From Octopus vulgaris (lineage: Eukaryota): a stretch of DNA of 64,000 bases. Position 1 is the first letter of the stretch, and each line of letters begins with the position of its first letter. The stretch spans positions 64,232,001 to 64,296,000 of the forward strand of contig OX597825.1 of NCBI GenBank assembly GCA_951406725.2. Reading direction: 5' to 3'. The translations under genes and the position numbers were made by a program. The notes beneath the pieces are model-generated. The model did no database searches. It saw only the letters and a list, made by a program, of their open reading frames with translations, and was not told the origin of the DNA. Below, piece after piece: positions 1 through 13,606 of this stretch.

Positions 1-249
1 ATTTTTGTAGCACTTATACTGCTAATATTAAACACCCAAAAACTAATCAACATTTCATTTCCTGTAAAACAATCTCTCTTTTTCTCACACACACTCTCTC
101 TTTCTTAAACTCTCTTACTCTCACTCTCTCTCTCCTTTTTACTTTCTCTTTCTGTTACTCTCTCTCTCTCTCGTTCTCACTCTCTCATTCTCTCTCTGTT
201 TCTCTCTCTCTCTCTTCCACCTCTTGCCATGCTTGACCACAAGCTCCCC

Positions 250-474
250 TTTACTCTTTTACTCTTTTATTTTGTTTCAGTCATTTGATTGCGACCATGC
301 TGGAGCACCGCCTTTAGTCGAGCAAATCGACCCAGGACTTAGACTTATACTTTGTAAGCCTAGTACTTATTTCATGGATATCCTTTGCCGAACCGCTAGC
401 TTACGGGGACGTAAACACACCAGTATCGGTTGTCAAGTGATGTTGGGGGGAAAACACAGACACACAAACACACA

Positions 475-526
<52 letters not shown>

Positions 527-678
527 CGACAGGCTTCTTTCAGTTTCCCTCTACCAAATCCACTCACAAGGATTTGGTTGTCCCAAGGCTATAATAGAAG
601 ACACTTGCCCAAGGTACCACGCCGTAGGACTAAAACCCGGCATCATGTGGTTGTTAAGCAAAATACTTACCACGCAGC
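250..678 (-). mobile_element. tRNA-derived SINE, family B (internal TA/TG microsatellite)
   Basis: Reverse complement of the full copy at 23526-23932, including the tail GGCGGTGCTCCAGCATGG..CAAATGACTGAAACAA and (AAAGAGT)n end. Confidence 0.9.
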
Positions 679-1326
679 AAAAATTTCGTTACTATAAACC
701 GATTCCACTCTTTAGCCAACACCATTCAATTCACTGTTATTACATGGCCAATCCCAATTACAAGTTAAACAGCTAAATACACAGTTTTTGTTGTTTTTGA
801 AAATATAGACATTTGTATAATAATAACATATCAGTTTGTGCCATTCCATTCATAAACTTTTCTTAAATATTTTACTCTGCATTTTAAAGCAACACGTGAT
901 AATCATACATAAACAAACATCACATGAAATGTAGTATGAATAAGCCTACGATGTAATTATTCACTACTAACAAAGGATTTATATTCATCCTCCCACCCAT
1001 TCACAAATAACACTAAAGAAAGTTATTATCAACTTGGATCCGCTTCTAAACTAAGACCACCATAATAAAATAATAGGCCAATCACTTGCTAATTTAATTT
1101 CACTGGAATTTTATATCTTAATCTATTACCTTACTCCTTGTTTCTGCCTGGACTCTGGCCATCCTAAACTATCATCGTGAAGTCTAACAAATTCACAACG
1201 GTACATATATTGTGGTACTTCGTTTACCGGTCACTTTTGCCAAAAGAACACGGACGTCAACAAACCAATACTGCTAATACGGATTCTAAAGTGGTGGGAG
1301 CACGATGAGAAGTACACACACACACA

Positions 1327-1417
<91 letters not shown>

Positions 1418-1567
1418 CAAAAGGGAATAACAAAACATCCAGATAGACGATACAAAAAAACACGGACGGGTCATTCGAAGACTTTTATCTTCAGTCAAGA
1501 ACCGGATCATCCTCGCAATTTCGGCTGTACATACATACATATGTGTGTGTTTGAGTGTGTATGTGTC

Positions 1568-1625
<58 letters not shown>

Positions 1626-1723
1626 TGTGTGTGTATGCATATTTCTAATATTGTACTCCGTATGAGGCTGGGTAAAAAGGAAAACTGATATTACCTCTTA
1701 GGCTGGAGGCAAGTACATGGGAT

Positions 1724-1791
<68 letters not shown>

Positions 1792-1904
1792 GCTTAGTAA
1801 AATAATGTAATGTAATATTTTGAATTCGCCTAAAATGGTCCCTTTACATACTGAATACTTGGTGAAATTGATTAATAATTAATTAATTTTACCCTCAATT
1901 GTTG

Positions 1905-1936
<32 letters not shown>

Positions 1937-2732
1937 AATGTATATATATACTCATTTCTTGTCTATCACAATCACTCATAAATTAGTGGTCGGCCGGCAT
2001 GGCTCCAATACAAATTCTCAAGTACATCACCATTATTCATTTTGATTTTTTCTTTTTTAATATATATGTCCTGTGTACCCTACAACATTTTATTAAAATT
2101 AGTGTATAGATTCAACTAAACACGTCATTGCCCCTCATCACATGCGCAAACACACACACACACACACAAACACACGCATACTCGCACGCACATACACACC
2201 ACACATGCGCATACACTCATACATTAATGAAATAAATATATTCAAATATGAATGACAAGTAACGCAAAGAATGTATAGAATGTTGAATACACAGACACAC
2301 ACACACACACACACACATGGTATGCGTTTTGCCAGCTCTTGGGCAGGCTGCGATTATATGTGTAAGAGAATATACACTCAATAATTGAGCTCATGTTAAA
2401 ACACCTAGAAGTCTTAGACAAGCAAGATGACTGGTATCAGATTCCGTTACAAGGGCGACAGACATTTATGTTCCGTCGTCTCTTTCACTTGTCAATGACA
2501 CGTACTTAAAATGAGGCCAAATGCAAGCTAAAGCGTTGTCTATGACTATATGCAAAATTGTTTACGGACCATCTGCTGGTATGTCCCACCGTTTCATATG
2601 AAAGAGATGCAAGAGGAATGATATAAATAATTTCGAACTTACATAAACATGTTATTTCAGTTCTATATTTAAGAGATGAGGAATTACGTACAATATTTGA
2701 GTGTGTGTGTGTGTGTGTGTGTATGTGTGCTT

Positions 2733-2810
2733 GGCCGTGGGCATATGGCGTAGTGGTTAAAAGCGCGGGCTACTGACCCCAAGATTCGGAGTTCGATTCC
2801 CGGCAGTGAG

Positions 2811-2842
<32 letters not shown>

Positions 2843-2966
2843 GAAGAAGAAGAAGAAGAAGAAGAAGAAAAACAAGAACAAGAAGAACAAGAAGAACAAG
2901 AAGAACAAGAAGAACAAGAAGAACAAGAAGAACAAGAACAACAACAACAGCAACAACAACAAAAAC

Positions 2967-3028
<62 letters not shown>

Positions 3029-3180
3029 CAACAACATCGAAAAACACCTTATGAATGAAAACCCAGGTTCGAAATTTCCCCAAGACACATGGTGACGGCT
3101 GGAGGGTATATCAACCGAAACGTTGTATTAGCAACAAACATATAAGGACAAATATCCGTCAAATTTAAATAACGTAAATA
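2733..3180 (+). mobile_element. tRNA-headed SINE-like element with compound trinucleotide middle and hammerhead-like tail
   Basis: A-box TGGCGTAGTGG and B-box GTTCGATTCCC at 2746-2801; (AAT)/(AAG)/(AAC) tract 2814-3036; decayed hammerhead ATGGTGA-C-GGCTG..CAACC-GAAACGTT at about 3089-3124. Confidence 0.7.
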
Positions 3181-3555
3181 ACGAACAAGGTATTTGTCTG
3201 GCGAGTTCATGGACAGGCTGCTAATATAATCGTAAGAGAATATGGCCTCACTTTTTCGTGGTATGAAACGGTGAGACACAGTAACAGATGGTTCTTACAC
3301 CGCTTGGCACATAGTCATAGACAGCGATTTCTATCGTTCCTGTAAAGGGACCAAATGCGATTCATCGCACTTGTCTATGACTTTTTTGTGTTGTAACACT
3401 ACGCAAATTGATGAAAGTAAATTTGCCTGGTGTTAACACACCTAGAGGCCATAGACAAGTGAGATAACACGCATCAATTCCATTTACATATCCGATAGAC
3501 ATCGTGGGTTCACCATCTTTCGATTTGTCAATACCGCATAATTGAATCACCGTCT
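3180..3555 (-). pseudogene. decayed Ty3/Gypsy-like reverse transcriptase relic
   Basis: Translation GIDACYL..GKFTFINLRSVTTQ resembles Gypsy RT DAYPLP..KYFSKIDLRSGYHQ; a related relic lies at about 2395-2600, partly inverted. Confidence 0.4.
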
Positions 3556-3688
3556 ATGTATATATATATATATATATAAAATAAATAGTTAATCCAAACA
3601 TGAAGACACAAAGAGAAAATACATCAACGCGAGGACGTGGAACAAGTATAGTATTATTGGACGCTCAGGAAAGGAGGAAAAAAAGCGG

Positions 3689-3723
3689 GTTTAACGTTTC
3701 GAGCGGAGCTCTTCGTCAGAAAC
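3689..3723 (-). ncRNA. minimal type I hammerhead ribozyme motif (Penelope-type)
   Basis: Minus strand GTTT-CTGACGA-A-GAGC tcc GCTC-GAAA-CGT-T-AAAC: intact core, 4-bp stem II, ACGT palindromic stem III, 4-bp stem I; inside a ~210-bp element (3578-3790) flanked by (TA)n. Confidence 0.75.
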
Positions 3724-3790
3724 ATAGGAAAAGAAAAGATCCAAAGAAGGGAAGACGGAGGAAAAAAAACGCCAAAGGTACACACGTGGT

Positions 3791-3826
<36 letters not shown>

Positions 3827-4739
3827 CATTCATGCATGCATGTATGTATTCATGCATGCATGTATGTATGTATGTATGTATGTATGTATGTATGTATGTA
3901 TGTATGTATGTATGCATGCATGTATGTATGTATGTATGTATGTATGTATGTATGTATGCATACGCATCAAGTTCCTTAACGGAATCAGTATCAGGGTATA
4001 TCCGTAAACAATTTATTTTAAGAATAATTCAACTCTTATTTGTTCATATTTAGACTGAACTTGGTATCCATATAACAGTTTTATATTTTTATTTATATTT
4101 ATAATGAGAATTTAACTTTAATTTAGAAAATAATGTGAATAAAGTGGAAGATTAACAGTTTCACTATTTTATGTGCGATGCTTTGAATATAACATTTATT
4201 TCTGACCTTCTAAGTATGTCGATTGTTATCGCATGTATTAGTTTGTAATATCTAAAAGTACATTGGATTAGATCAGTGAATCATTATTGATATTGTCAAT
4301 ACTACCAGGATACTGCATTTCAAAGGTCATAATAACTATTGTTTGATAAACAGCGAGGAAATATTCTCTGAGATATATCACACATAACAAAACTAATTTA
4401 TTAATTTGCGCCAGTACTGAAATATAACCTGCTAAATTATATATGTGCATATGCCCAAACACAAACACACACACATACAGACACATGCACGCATGTACAA
4501 ACGCACACACAAACACACATAGACACACGTATTCTGGGCGTATGCATAAAGGGGAAGTTATTATTTTGTAATGGTGTTCGCTGTTTCCGTTTTATTTCGG
4601 ATTTAGAATATTTTATGTAATATTCCAAGTGTAGAGCAATGCCCATATGAATGAAAAAGATCAATCAATCTCGTCCGTCCTTGTTAAGGGGAGAGCTAAC
4701 CGCCTCTTCATTTTTTGCTACACGTAAATATTCCATACA

Positions 4740-4965
4740 TAGTGAACCATAATCCTAGGAACCACAATATTCCTGGATTCAGAAAACAATATTTCCCAAT
4801 TCTACAACAGTCACGAAATCTCTGACAAATAATTAAAAAGTCGTGAATCCCGAGCAGCCGAAGACAATCTCCATACTCTTAAGAATTCTAACAATGGCGA
4901 GATTCACATCGGAGAAAGAAATAATACAAGTGACGAACTGTGGAAGCCCTTCTTGTGGGTCATCT
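4740..4965 (+). pseudogene. Penelope-like element relic (RT-to-GIY-YIG linker)
   Basis: Frameshifted translation HNPRNHNI..FPILQQS..RRQSP/RILTMARFTSEKEIIQVTNCGSPSCG resembles the Cys-containing linker of Penelope-like ORFs. Confidence 0.6.
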
Positions 4966-5818
4966 TAAATCAGGACCGGTTGCTGAATACCCAGAACGGT
5001 AGGCTTACTTAAAATCCATGTGATGTCTCATGTATCATAAAAACGAAGTAATACGAAATGTGATGGTCTTTTGGTGTGTCTCCACTGTGTGTGGTGTTAT
5101 GATACTCACTCCCTCATTATCGAACAGGACCTTAGGCTCAACTCAGACGGCAATGTGCAACAGCTGGAGCCACTATTCAAAACCCGCCTGGAGAAGGGCA
5201 CTGCACGAATTATTGTGAGCGAGGCATCAGTTGCCAAAGCTATGATCACGGAGGTGTTCGAATATATTCGCAGGGAGACGGTGAGGAACGAGACTAGATT
5301 TCGGAGCATCTTGAGGAATCTGAAGGTAGCAAGTTTTAGTCCAATGTTATCTCCGATGCATAGTGTTGTAGATATTTTTTTTATTATTTAAGATAAAATT
5401 ATTTTTGGATGGGATAATTTATTTCCTTTTCCTTTAAAGCCAAGTGTCTAGTTTGAGCCGAACACCTTGTATATGAGTATCTGTGTGGTGACACGTTTGT
5501 TTCCCAACGATATTGTTCTGGGTCAGCCCCACTGCATGACATCCTGTTAAGTGTCTTTTAACTCCAGCCGACCAAAGCCTTGTGACTGGATTTGACTGAC
5601 AAAACAAAACAAAAAAAATCAAATAAGCCTGTGGTGTATGTATGTGTATATTAGTGAATGTGTGAATGTGTTTGTCTATCGATGTGCGTGTGAGTGTGTT
5701 TTCCTTCACCACGGCTTGACAGGTGTTGATATGCTTATGTTTTAGTCAACTTGAAGTTTGTTAACCAGACGTAAAATAGGTATTGACGAGTTGACTCTTC
5801 TGATTATAAATTCAGTCA

Positions 5819-5878
<60 letters not shown>

Positions 5879-5884
<6 letters not shown>

Positions 5885-5974
5885 GAGACGCATCACTAAA
5901 CAATAACTCAGTCAATGAAGAACCCGTCGAAAGTCTCTGACTGAGTTGGGGAGTGGTGATTCGTCTCTAAATTA
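5879..5974. repeat. imperfect hairpin element adjacent to (TA)n
   Basis: TAATTTTGAGACGCATCACTA..AACTCAGTCA pairs with TGACTGAGTT..TGGTGATTCGTCTCTAAATTA. Confidence 0.7.
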
Positions 5975-6090
5975 ATTATTTGCATATATTATATGTTATA
6001 TATTACATATTACAAAATTCGGTCTAATATTATTATACTAAATTTTACCTGTAAGATTAGAATAATATTTATTTCCTAATATTATTATGT

Positions 6091-6134
<44 letters not shown>

Positions 6135-6139
<5 letters not shown>

Positions 6140-6597
6140 TAATAAATATAATATATGCATACATACATACATATATGTACGTACCTACATCTACATGTAA
6201 AAACAAGGAAAAAAATGTGACATATACATATGTTTGCGTGCATTTTTTTCCTTGTTTTTACCCCTCTGCAAAGGAATTTTATTTAATTCTTTCGCAGGAA
6301 GGACTTGTTCGGCGAGACGTATTCTGTCCTCACCTTCGAAACACACTGGAGTTGAACTAGGGACGGCTGATGAAGGGGATTTTTCCTTGTGTAGTTGTCT
6401 TGTACTCTGTTTTTTCGTTGTTAAAGGATTAGTCCGTTCTATGCTGTTTTTACGTTTTCGTTTCTCGTTGAGTTCTACGTCTATTTGTGGTGTCCTGTAC
6501 ACACGTATATGTATTTATATATGCATGTATATATACATAGATGTAGGTACGTACATATATGTTTGTATGTATGCATATATTTTATTTATTACACTAT
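6135..6597. mobile_element. non-autonomous element with ~60-bp terminal inverted repeats and an internal 21-bp hairpin
   Basis: 6135-6195 is inverted relative to about 6535-6597; GTAAAAACAAGGAAAAAAATG (6197-6217) pairs perfectly with 6241-6261; the right half recurs at 55571-55790. Confidence 0.75.
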
Positions 6598-6680
6598 TGT
6601 ATGACTGAGCGCCTTCGCGTCGATTCGATTCGATTCGTTTGGTTTCGTTTCGTTTCTTCTTCGTCTTCTCTAAGCTGGTT

Positions 6681-6714
<34 letters not shown>

Positions 6715-6721
6715 TACACAT

Positions 6722-6765
<44 letters not shown>

Positions 6766-7131
6766 GAGAGAGAGAGAGAGAGAAAGAGGGGAGAGAGGGA
6801 TGCGGAGAATCCGTCTCTAGATACATCTGTCTAGATTAAGTGGAAAGAATTTCCAAATTTCCAGAGTGCAGAATGTACAACCATAAAATGGTCTATTAAT
6901 TATTTTTAGTTTCATTTCTAATCTTAGTGTTGAGTGGTTACATGCACGTATAAAGTTAAATGATAAAATGTTTTTGTCGACAGTCAGAGGTGGCTTTTAA
7001 AACTAATTTCAAACATTAATAGATGACAACATTAGAATTCGCAAATGTCACACAGATTATATCTATATATGTACTCCCCTCGATCACTCTCCCTCCCCAT
7101 GGATACAGATACATACATATATGCATATACT

Positions 7132-7185
<54 letters not shown>

Positions 7186-7312
7186 TGTGCATGTACTTAT
7201 GTATAAGAGAGATATATACATATATACACACATATATATATGTATGAATATATATATCAGATGTATGTATATGTAATGTATATGTATGCATATATATCTA
7301 TATATCTACATG

Positions 7313-7401
<89 letters not shown>

Positions 7402-7958
7402 GCGTACGCAAACACACATGCATATATGTATGAATACGAGAACTTATTCATAAGAGAACACGAAACAAACAATTTCACAGTTATCAGGTTATGCGTACAT
7501 AGGTAATTTGTTTGAATTATTGAAGTTATATTTTTATTCATAGGAACTCCGCCACAGTAAAATGACTTATTACGTACCTCTGTGGCAAATGTTTTTTATA
7601 TAATATTATTCAACTTACTTCTACACACATATATGCATTGCTATTGGTATATTTGAAAATACTTCCGCTTCTTTTCAATACTTTTTACTGATAATTTCAT
7701 ATAGCAGATACTTGACTCGGTGAAGTTAAACGTAATATTTTTTCTTTTATATATCTATGACGATATTTTGTTTCCTTCCTGAATTGTATTCTGAAATATG
7801 TGTAACTGTGCATGCATTCGATCTGGTAATATTACAAGTGAAGGTTTGTAATAAAAAAAGTGCATTCACAGAAACAGACGAAATGTATGTCTGCATGCTT
7901 GTAATTACATATAAATATACCTTCATTCAGCCATGCACGCAAACATATGTATACATAC

Positions 7959-8012
<54 letters not shown>

Positions 8013-9074
8013 TTACAATCTACATGCCTGCAGCTCAATACATATTATCAGTGTTCCTTTTTACTCACCTTCATACATAGAGCAATACCCGAAATATTAT
8101 ACACTGCCTTCCTCAGAGCAGATGATCTTCAACTTTTTTTGTCGAATAATATATATTAACAACACTCACCATTTTACTAATATCAAGATATCTTTGTTAT
8201 CCATCTATTTAGCGGCTTCACTGTACTGCTTTCTGTTGATGTATCTTTCTAGTTATCCGTTTTCATTTTTCGGTATATCTTTCTGTCTGTATGTGTGTCT
8301 CTATCTATCTTTATATTATTCTTGTAATATGTATATATATAGTTTGATTTTATGTAAAATTAAATACAAAAACCACTGAAGATTAGACAGAACACTATTT
8401 TCTAGACTACATGCTTAGTAATGTCTTACAAGGCAAACTGTGAAATAAGTGTAGAGATTAGACAAATATGAACCAATTTGATGCTATGCAGACAGTTGGA
8501 ACTGAAACGAACCAAATTCATATGTATCTTTTATCTTTTACTTATTTTAGTGATTGAACTGCAGCCATGATTGGCCACCTTATTGAAGGGAGTAGTGAAA
8601 CAAGTAATTATTGTTTTCAAATGTGGTATTTTAGATTTTGTTGACTATCTGCCAATGCCTTCTGCTGTGAAGGTTTCGCCAGGATTGCGGATGTAGTACG
8701 GGGAGGGATGTGAGTTTTGAGAAAATTCCGCTTGACGATCACTAAACAGTGATTGAAGCCAATTTTGTCATCCAACTTGGTATCAAAACAAATTGTTTGT
8801 TGCTGTATGTCAGTCATTCAAAATTTATTGACGCAGGTTCTAATACCACATATTCAGTTTTGTTCATATATTGTCACAATTCTATAAAGAAGAAAATCGA
8901 TTCGGTGAGCGAATGATGTGATTGGTAAACATTTTACCAAAGATTTTTTTTAATGTTATCTTTCGCTCGTCGGCACCTCACTACAGCAGGCAGCACGTCC
9001 CTCACGCTCTCACTGCTGCCGCCGTCCCGGCCGCCCGCTTGTTGGCAAGTACGTTTAGATTTACTGCAACATCT

Positions 9075-9490
9075 TCTGCATGGACGGTTAGATCGTCTGC
9101 AAAGTCACATGGTTCTAGGTTCAGTCCCACAGAGTAGCACCTTGAGTGAGTGTCTTCTAGTATAGCATTGGGTCGGCCAAAACCTTGGGAGTGGATTTGG
9201 TAAAAGAAAAATGAAAGACGATCATCGTATATATCTATGTATGTGTGAGTGTGTGTATGTGTGAGTGTGTGTGTGTGTGCATGTGCTTATATTTGCATGT
9301 ATGTGTGTGGGGGTGTCTTTGCGTCTATCCATGATTACCACCTCTTGAAAAATGGTGAGTGTGTTTTTACGTCCAAGGACCCTTGTGGGTAGTAAAGAAA
9401 TAGGTGTGTTTCCGTCCTAGTAACCTCCGGCCAATACGTAAGTTAGAATAAGTACCGGGTTTTTAAAATATGATTACCGGGGTAGATTCT
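9075..9490 (+). mobile_element. SINE family B, diverged copy
   Basis: CACATGGTTCTAGGTTCAGTCCCAC..GAGTGGATTTGGTA..AGAATAAGTAC, homologous to 23526-23932. Confidence 0.75.
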
Positions 9491-9936
9491 TTCTACAAAA
9501 TTTTTTCAAGGCAGTCGTTGAAGTCTGTTCGCTGAAACAAGTAAAAGACCATAAGAATAAATTCGCAGATCAAAATGTCATACATATTTTTTTTAAATTC
9601 AAGGGTCTCGTCTCTACTACAAAATTTGTTGAACCCCATATCAAAAAGGTTTGTTTGTACTGCGAGCATTTTCTTATCCTTTGGATTCGGAATTACTCGA
9701 ATTTGATTTATCGTTTTCAATTTCATAAACATGAAAAAACATTATACCGTGACACCAAAAGTATTAAAGTAAAAAGAGTGATAAGGCTATATAATTAAAA
9801 ATGGTGTAATATGTATGTATGTATATATGTATGTATGCATGCATGTGTGTATGTATGTATACAGGGTGTGCCAAAAGTCACGCACTAACAGTAAAACTTA
9901 TTAAATATATTTTACAGTGAATAATAATAAAGTAAT

Positions 9937-10311
9937 TGGAAGCACTCCGTCGGTTACGACGACGAGTGTTCCGGTTGATCCGAATCAATGGAACAGCCTG
10001 CTCGTGAAATTAACGTGTAAGTACCTGAGCACCCTACAGACACGTGTACCCTTAACGTAGTTCTCGTGGATATTCAGCGTGACACATAGAGGGACAAGGC
10101 CGGCCCTTTGAAATACGGGTACAACAGAAACAGGAGGTAAGAGTGAGTGAAACATGTGGTGAAAGAGTACAGCAGGGATCATCACCATCCCCTGCCGGAG
10201 AATCGTGGAACTTTAGGTGTTTTCGCTCAATAAACGCTCTCAACGCCCGGTCTGGGAATCGAAACCGCGATCCTATGACCGCGAGTCCGCTGCCCTAACC
10301 ACTGGGCCACA
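9937..10311 (-). mobile_element. tRNA-Arg-like SINE, family A (tail 1)
   Basis: Head TGGCCCAGTGGTTAGGGCAGCGGACTCGCGG..GGTTTCGATTCCC; 11-bp TSD AATAAAGTAAT at 9926-9936 and 10312-10322; near-identical to copies at 12248 and 15270. Confidence 0.92.
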
Positions 10312-10658
10312 AATAAAGTAATATAAATAAAATGACAAACGTTTTCGTGCATCACTATTCGCCCAGCCTGAATATATCGAGGAAGTAGGAGAGGAGGGAG
10401 AACGACGGCAGAGAAAGATAGAAAAACATAATACAGTTTCATCGAAAATGGTACATGTTGCATATATATATATATAAACCTATATACATGCCCGTCTTAT
10501 ATATATATATTTATATATATATATATATATTAAAATATGCAACAAGGATATCATCGTTGCTTTAATGAACTTTTGAAATCTGTTTATGTTACTTAATTAT
10601 CTACATTACTTCATGAGTATAGCCTCAACCACTAGGATGTCTAGAGAACTCACATGTA

Positions 10659-10749
10659 TTTTAGCTGATGAGTACGGGACACGTTTATATGCTGTAATTT
10701 TTGCAACTTTTAATAAAACCTGTCCTTGTATGAAACGATTGTACTAAAA
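10659..10749 (+). ncRNA. type I hammerhead ribozyme motif with long stem II
   Basis: TTTTAG-CTGATGA-GTACGGGACA..TGTCCTTGTAT-GAAA-CGATTG-TA-CTAAAA: core boxes intact, 6-bp stem I, GUA triplet. Confidence 0.8.
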
Positions 10750-10779
10750 ACCTATCCATTCTTGTTGCTTCATTCTCGC

Positions 10780-10824
<45 letters not shown>

Positions 10825-10829
10825 TGTGT

Positions 10830-11041
10830 GTGTATACGTTTGTGTGTCTGTGTTGTCCCACCAACATCTTTTGACACCCGATGGTGGTATGTTTACGTCC
10901 CGGTAACTTAGCGGTTCGGTAAAAGAAACCGATATAATAGGTACTAGGCTTACAAAGTATAAGTCCTGGGGTCGATTTGCACGACTAAAAGTGGTGCTCC
11001 AGTATACCCGCAGTCAAATGACTGAAACGAGTAAAAGAGTA
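10830..11041 (+). mobile_element. SINE family B, 3' half
   Basis: GTTTACGTCCCGGTAACTTAGCGGTTCGG..GGTGCTCCAG..CAAATGACTGAAAC. Confidence 0.85.
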
Positions 11042-12247
11042 CCATATTTCCTGATATTACCTGTGGTGACAGGAGTTTACTTCTATTTTCACATGTACCC
11101 GGTATATGACGGGCAACGCTATTTTTCTTATTAAATCTTTGATGCTATTAAAATGTATGATGCTGTAACAAAGTTAATTACTTTGTAAGGGTGGTACTTG
11201 AAGTTGATAAAGTTATAAAAATTACGGTGTCGGATAATGTATCAAAAACACTTCGATAAAATTCGAAGGCTACCCGTGGGACCTTTACAGAATATGTAGG
11301 TTTGTGTCCCATGCGAAATCTTCAACATTTTTCACTCCAATTTTTTTTTCTGTTATAATATTGTATACGCTATTATTTATATCATCTTCATGTTCTACTT
11401 TTAAACAAATTAATTTACTCAGTATATCTCGAATTTTCTATATTCTTATAATGTAAAAGGATACCACAAAATCGACCGAGTGAGTTTACAGTGATTACAA
11501 AATATCCACATTAATTTGTTTTAGGTATTAAAATTTCATATTTTGATCTTATAGTATAATTGGTTTTTATTATGACAGTTCTCTTTTGAAATATTTTAAC
11601 CTGTGTTTGACATGAAGGATCTAATGGCATAAACTGCCACAGAAGTAGTGCCATCTAAGTGTTGACCGTATATATTATTTATTTTCAGATTTACTGACCA
11701 ATTAAATAGTTGGATATACATGTATCCATGATATGTTGAAACGAGACAAGTCAAATCAATAACCTCTCGTTAACAATACATTTGACATAGCTGTAAATAA
11801 TATTAAATACATATCAGTACTTAATATCTAATTACACACTAACTATACATGAATAGAATTTGAAAATTACAAACGTTAAACAGACTAAAATACATATGTT
11901 TTAAATTAAACACACGGAGCCATAGGATTCGTGTCACATTTAGTAAATGCTATAAATATCAATTATCAGATGACATGAAATTATACGTTAATATTAATAA
12001 ATTTTGTCTATACATCCCATTTCCTTCTTTGAATCTTCCTGCCCGCGACATGTCTTTAAGGTATTATGTTAGAATTTGATATTTATGATTAAACATAATT
12101 GTAGTGATTCAACTCAGGTATCACTGACATCGTATGTATATGTGTCTGTGCGCGCAAATGTTTGCATATATAAGTATGTAATTATATAAATACTCTTTAT
12201 TTATTACCCACTAGGGGCGACACAGAAGGGACACCACATACATACAT

Positions 12248-12630
12248 TTGGAAGCACTCCGTCGGTTACGACGACGAGGGAACCGGTTGATCCGATCAAC
12301 GGAACAGCCTGCTCGTGAAATTAACGTGTAAGTGGTTGAGCACTCCACAGACACGTGTACCCTTAACGTAGTTCTCGGGGATATTCAGCGTGACACAGAG
12401 AGTGACAAGGCCGGCCCTTTGAAATACAGGTACAACAGAAACAGGAAGTAAGAGTGAGCGAAAGTTGTGGTGAAAGAGTACGACAGGGATCACCACCATC
12501 CCCTGCCGGAGACTCGTAGACTTTAGGTGTTTTCGCTCAATAAACACTCACAACGCCCGGTCTGGGAATCGAAACCGCAATCCTATGACCGCGAGTCCGC
12601 TGCCCTAACCACTGGGCCATCGCGCCTCCA
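12248..12630 (-). mobile_element. SINE family A (tail 1), full length
   Basis: TSD CACATACATACAT at 12235-12247 and 12631-12643; head GGAGGCGCGATGGCCCAGTGG. Confidence 0.93.
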
Positions 12631-13606
12631 CACATACATACATAAAACGAGAATTAAATTCGGTTACAGTACCTCACTTAAAATGTAAATCTGAAATTTT
12701 TGTGAAGGTTTCATTCCACTTCCTTTCGATTAAAACAACTGATGTAAAGAGATCGATACTAAAATCTTCTTAACTGATTTCCTTAAGATTATATTAGAGA
12801 TAAGACTTAATTAGAATTGGAAAATATTTCTTTATCTTTATTAGTAACACCAAGAGAATAGAAACAAACATTAGATTTCGTTTGTTATTACAATTATTTT
12901 TAGTTTTATATTACCAAAAAATACAACCTGATTTAAAAAGGTATAAATTTAGAACAGTATTCATTTATTCTCACTAATTTGCATCATAGCTTTATTGTTG
13001 AAGATACATAATAAATATCACAAAAAATTACTTCCGTAAAAACAGAGGATTAATAGACAGATTTGATACAGCATCAGACAAAAAGGCATTTTGTATTTAG
13101 TTATATCACTTTACGTTCTGATTTCGAATTCCGAGTGAGGATTTTTCCTTAAATCATTTAAGGATCAGTACAAATCGGGTAAATAGTTCGATATGATTGA
13201 CTAGCTTCCCTTTCTTTTGCCAAAATGTGTCTATCATAGAAAGAATAACGCTAGAAATATATATTTACATAGTTCAGAAATATCATTTTATCGTTGATCA
13301 CGAACGCAATTCGATATTATAACGTCATCGTCTGGTTTTACGTTTCATCATTTGGTATCGATTAAATATAAGTTACAGTTAACGACTGCGTCCGATAAGA
13401 TATACTTCTCTAAACTTTTTAGCTCTTGCCAATGTTAGAATTTAAAATTATTCCTTCAGAGCTCGTGTAATTCGTGTTATTTCCTCTACGAAGCCCCTGA
13501 GGTAAATGTGCTAAGTTTTACGCCCGATTGATATTATTCCCAAAACAATATTTCCCATGGGTAGGGCATATATTCAAAATTCGGAATAATGTATCACTTG
13601 CACATA

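Noticed and set aside
2746-2812. Functional tRNA gene (likewise the family A and B heads)
   Set aside because: A/B boxes are present but the acceptor stem does not pair and the sequence continues into a SINE body.
6290-6390. Hammerhead around GAAGG..CCTTCGAAAC and CTGATGAAGGGG
   Set aside because: The core boxes are not in a foldable order with stems I-III; at best a decayed relic.
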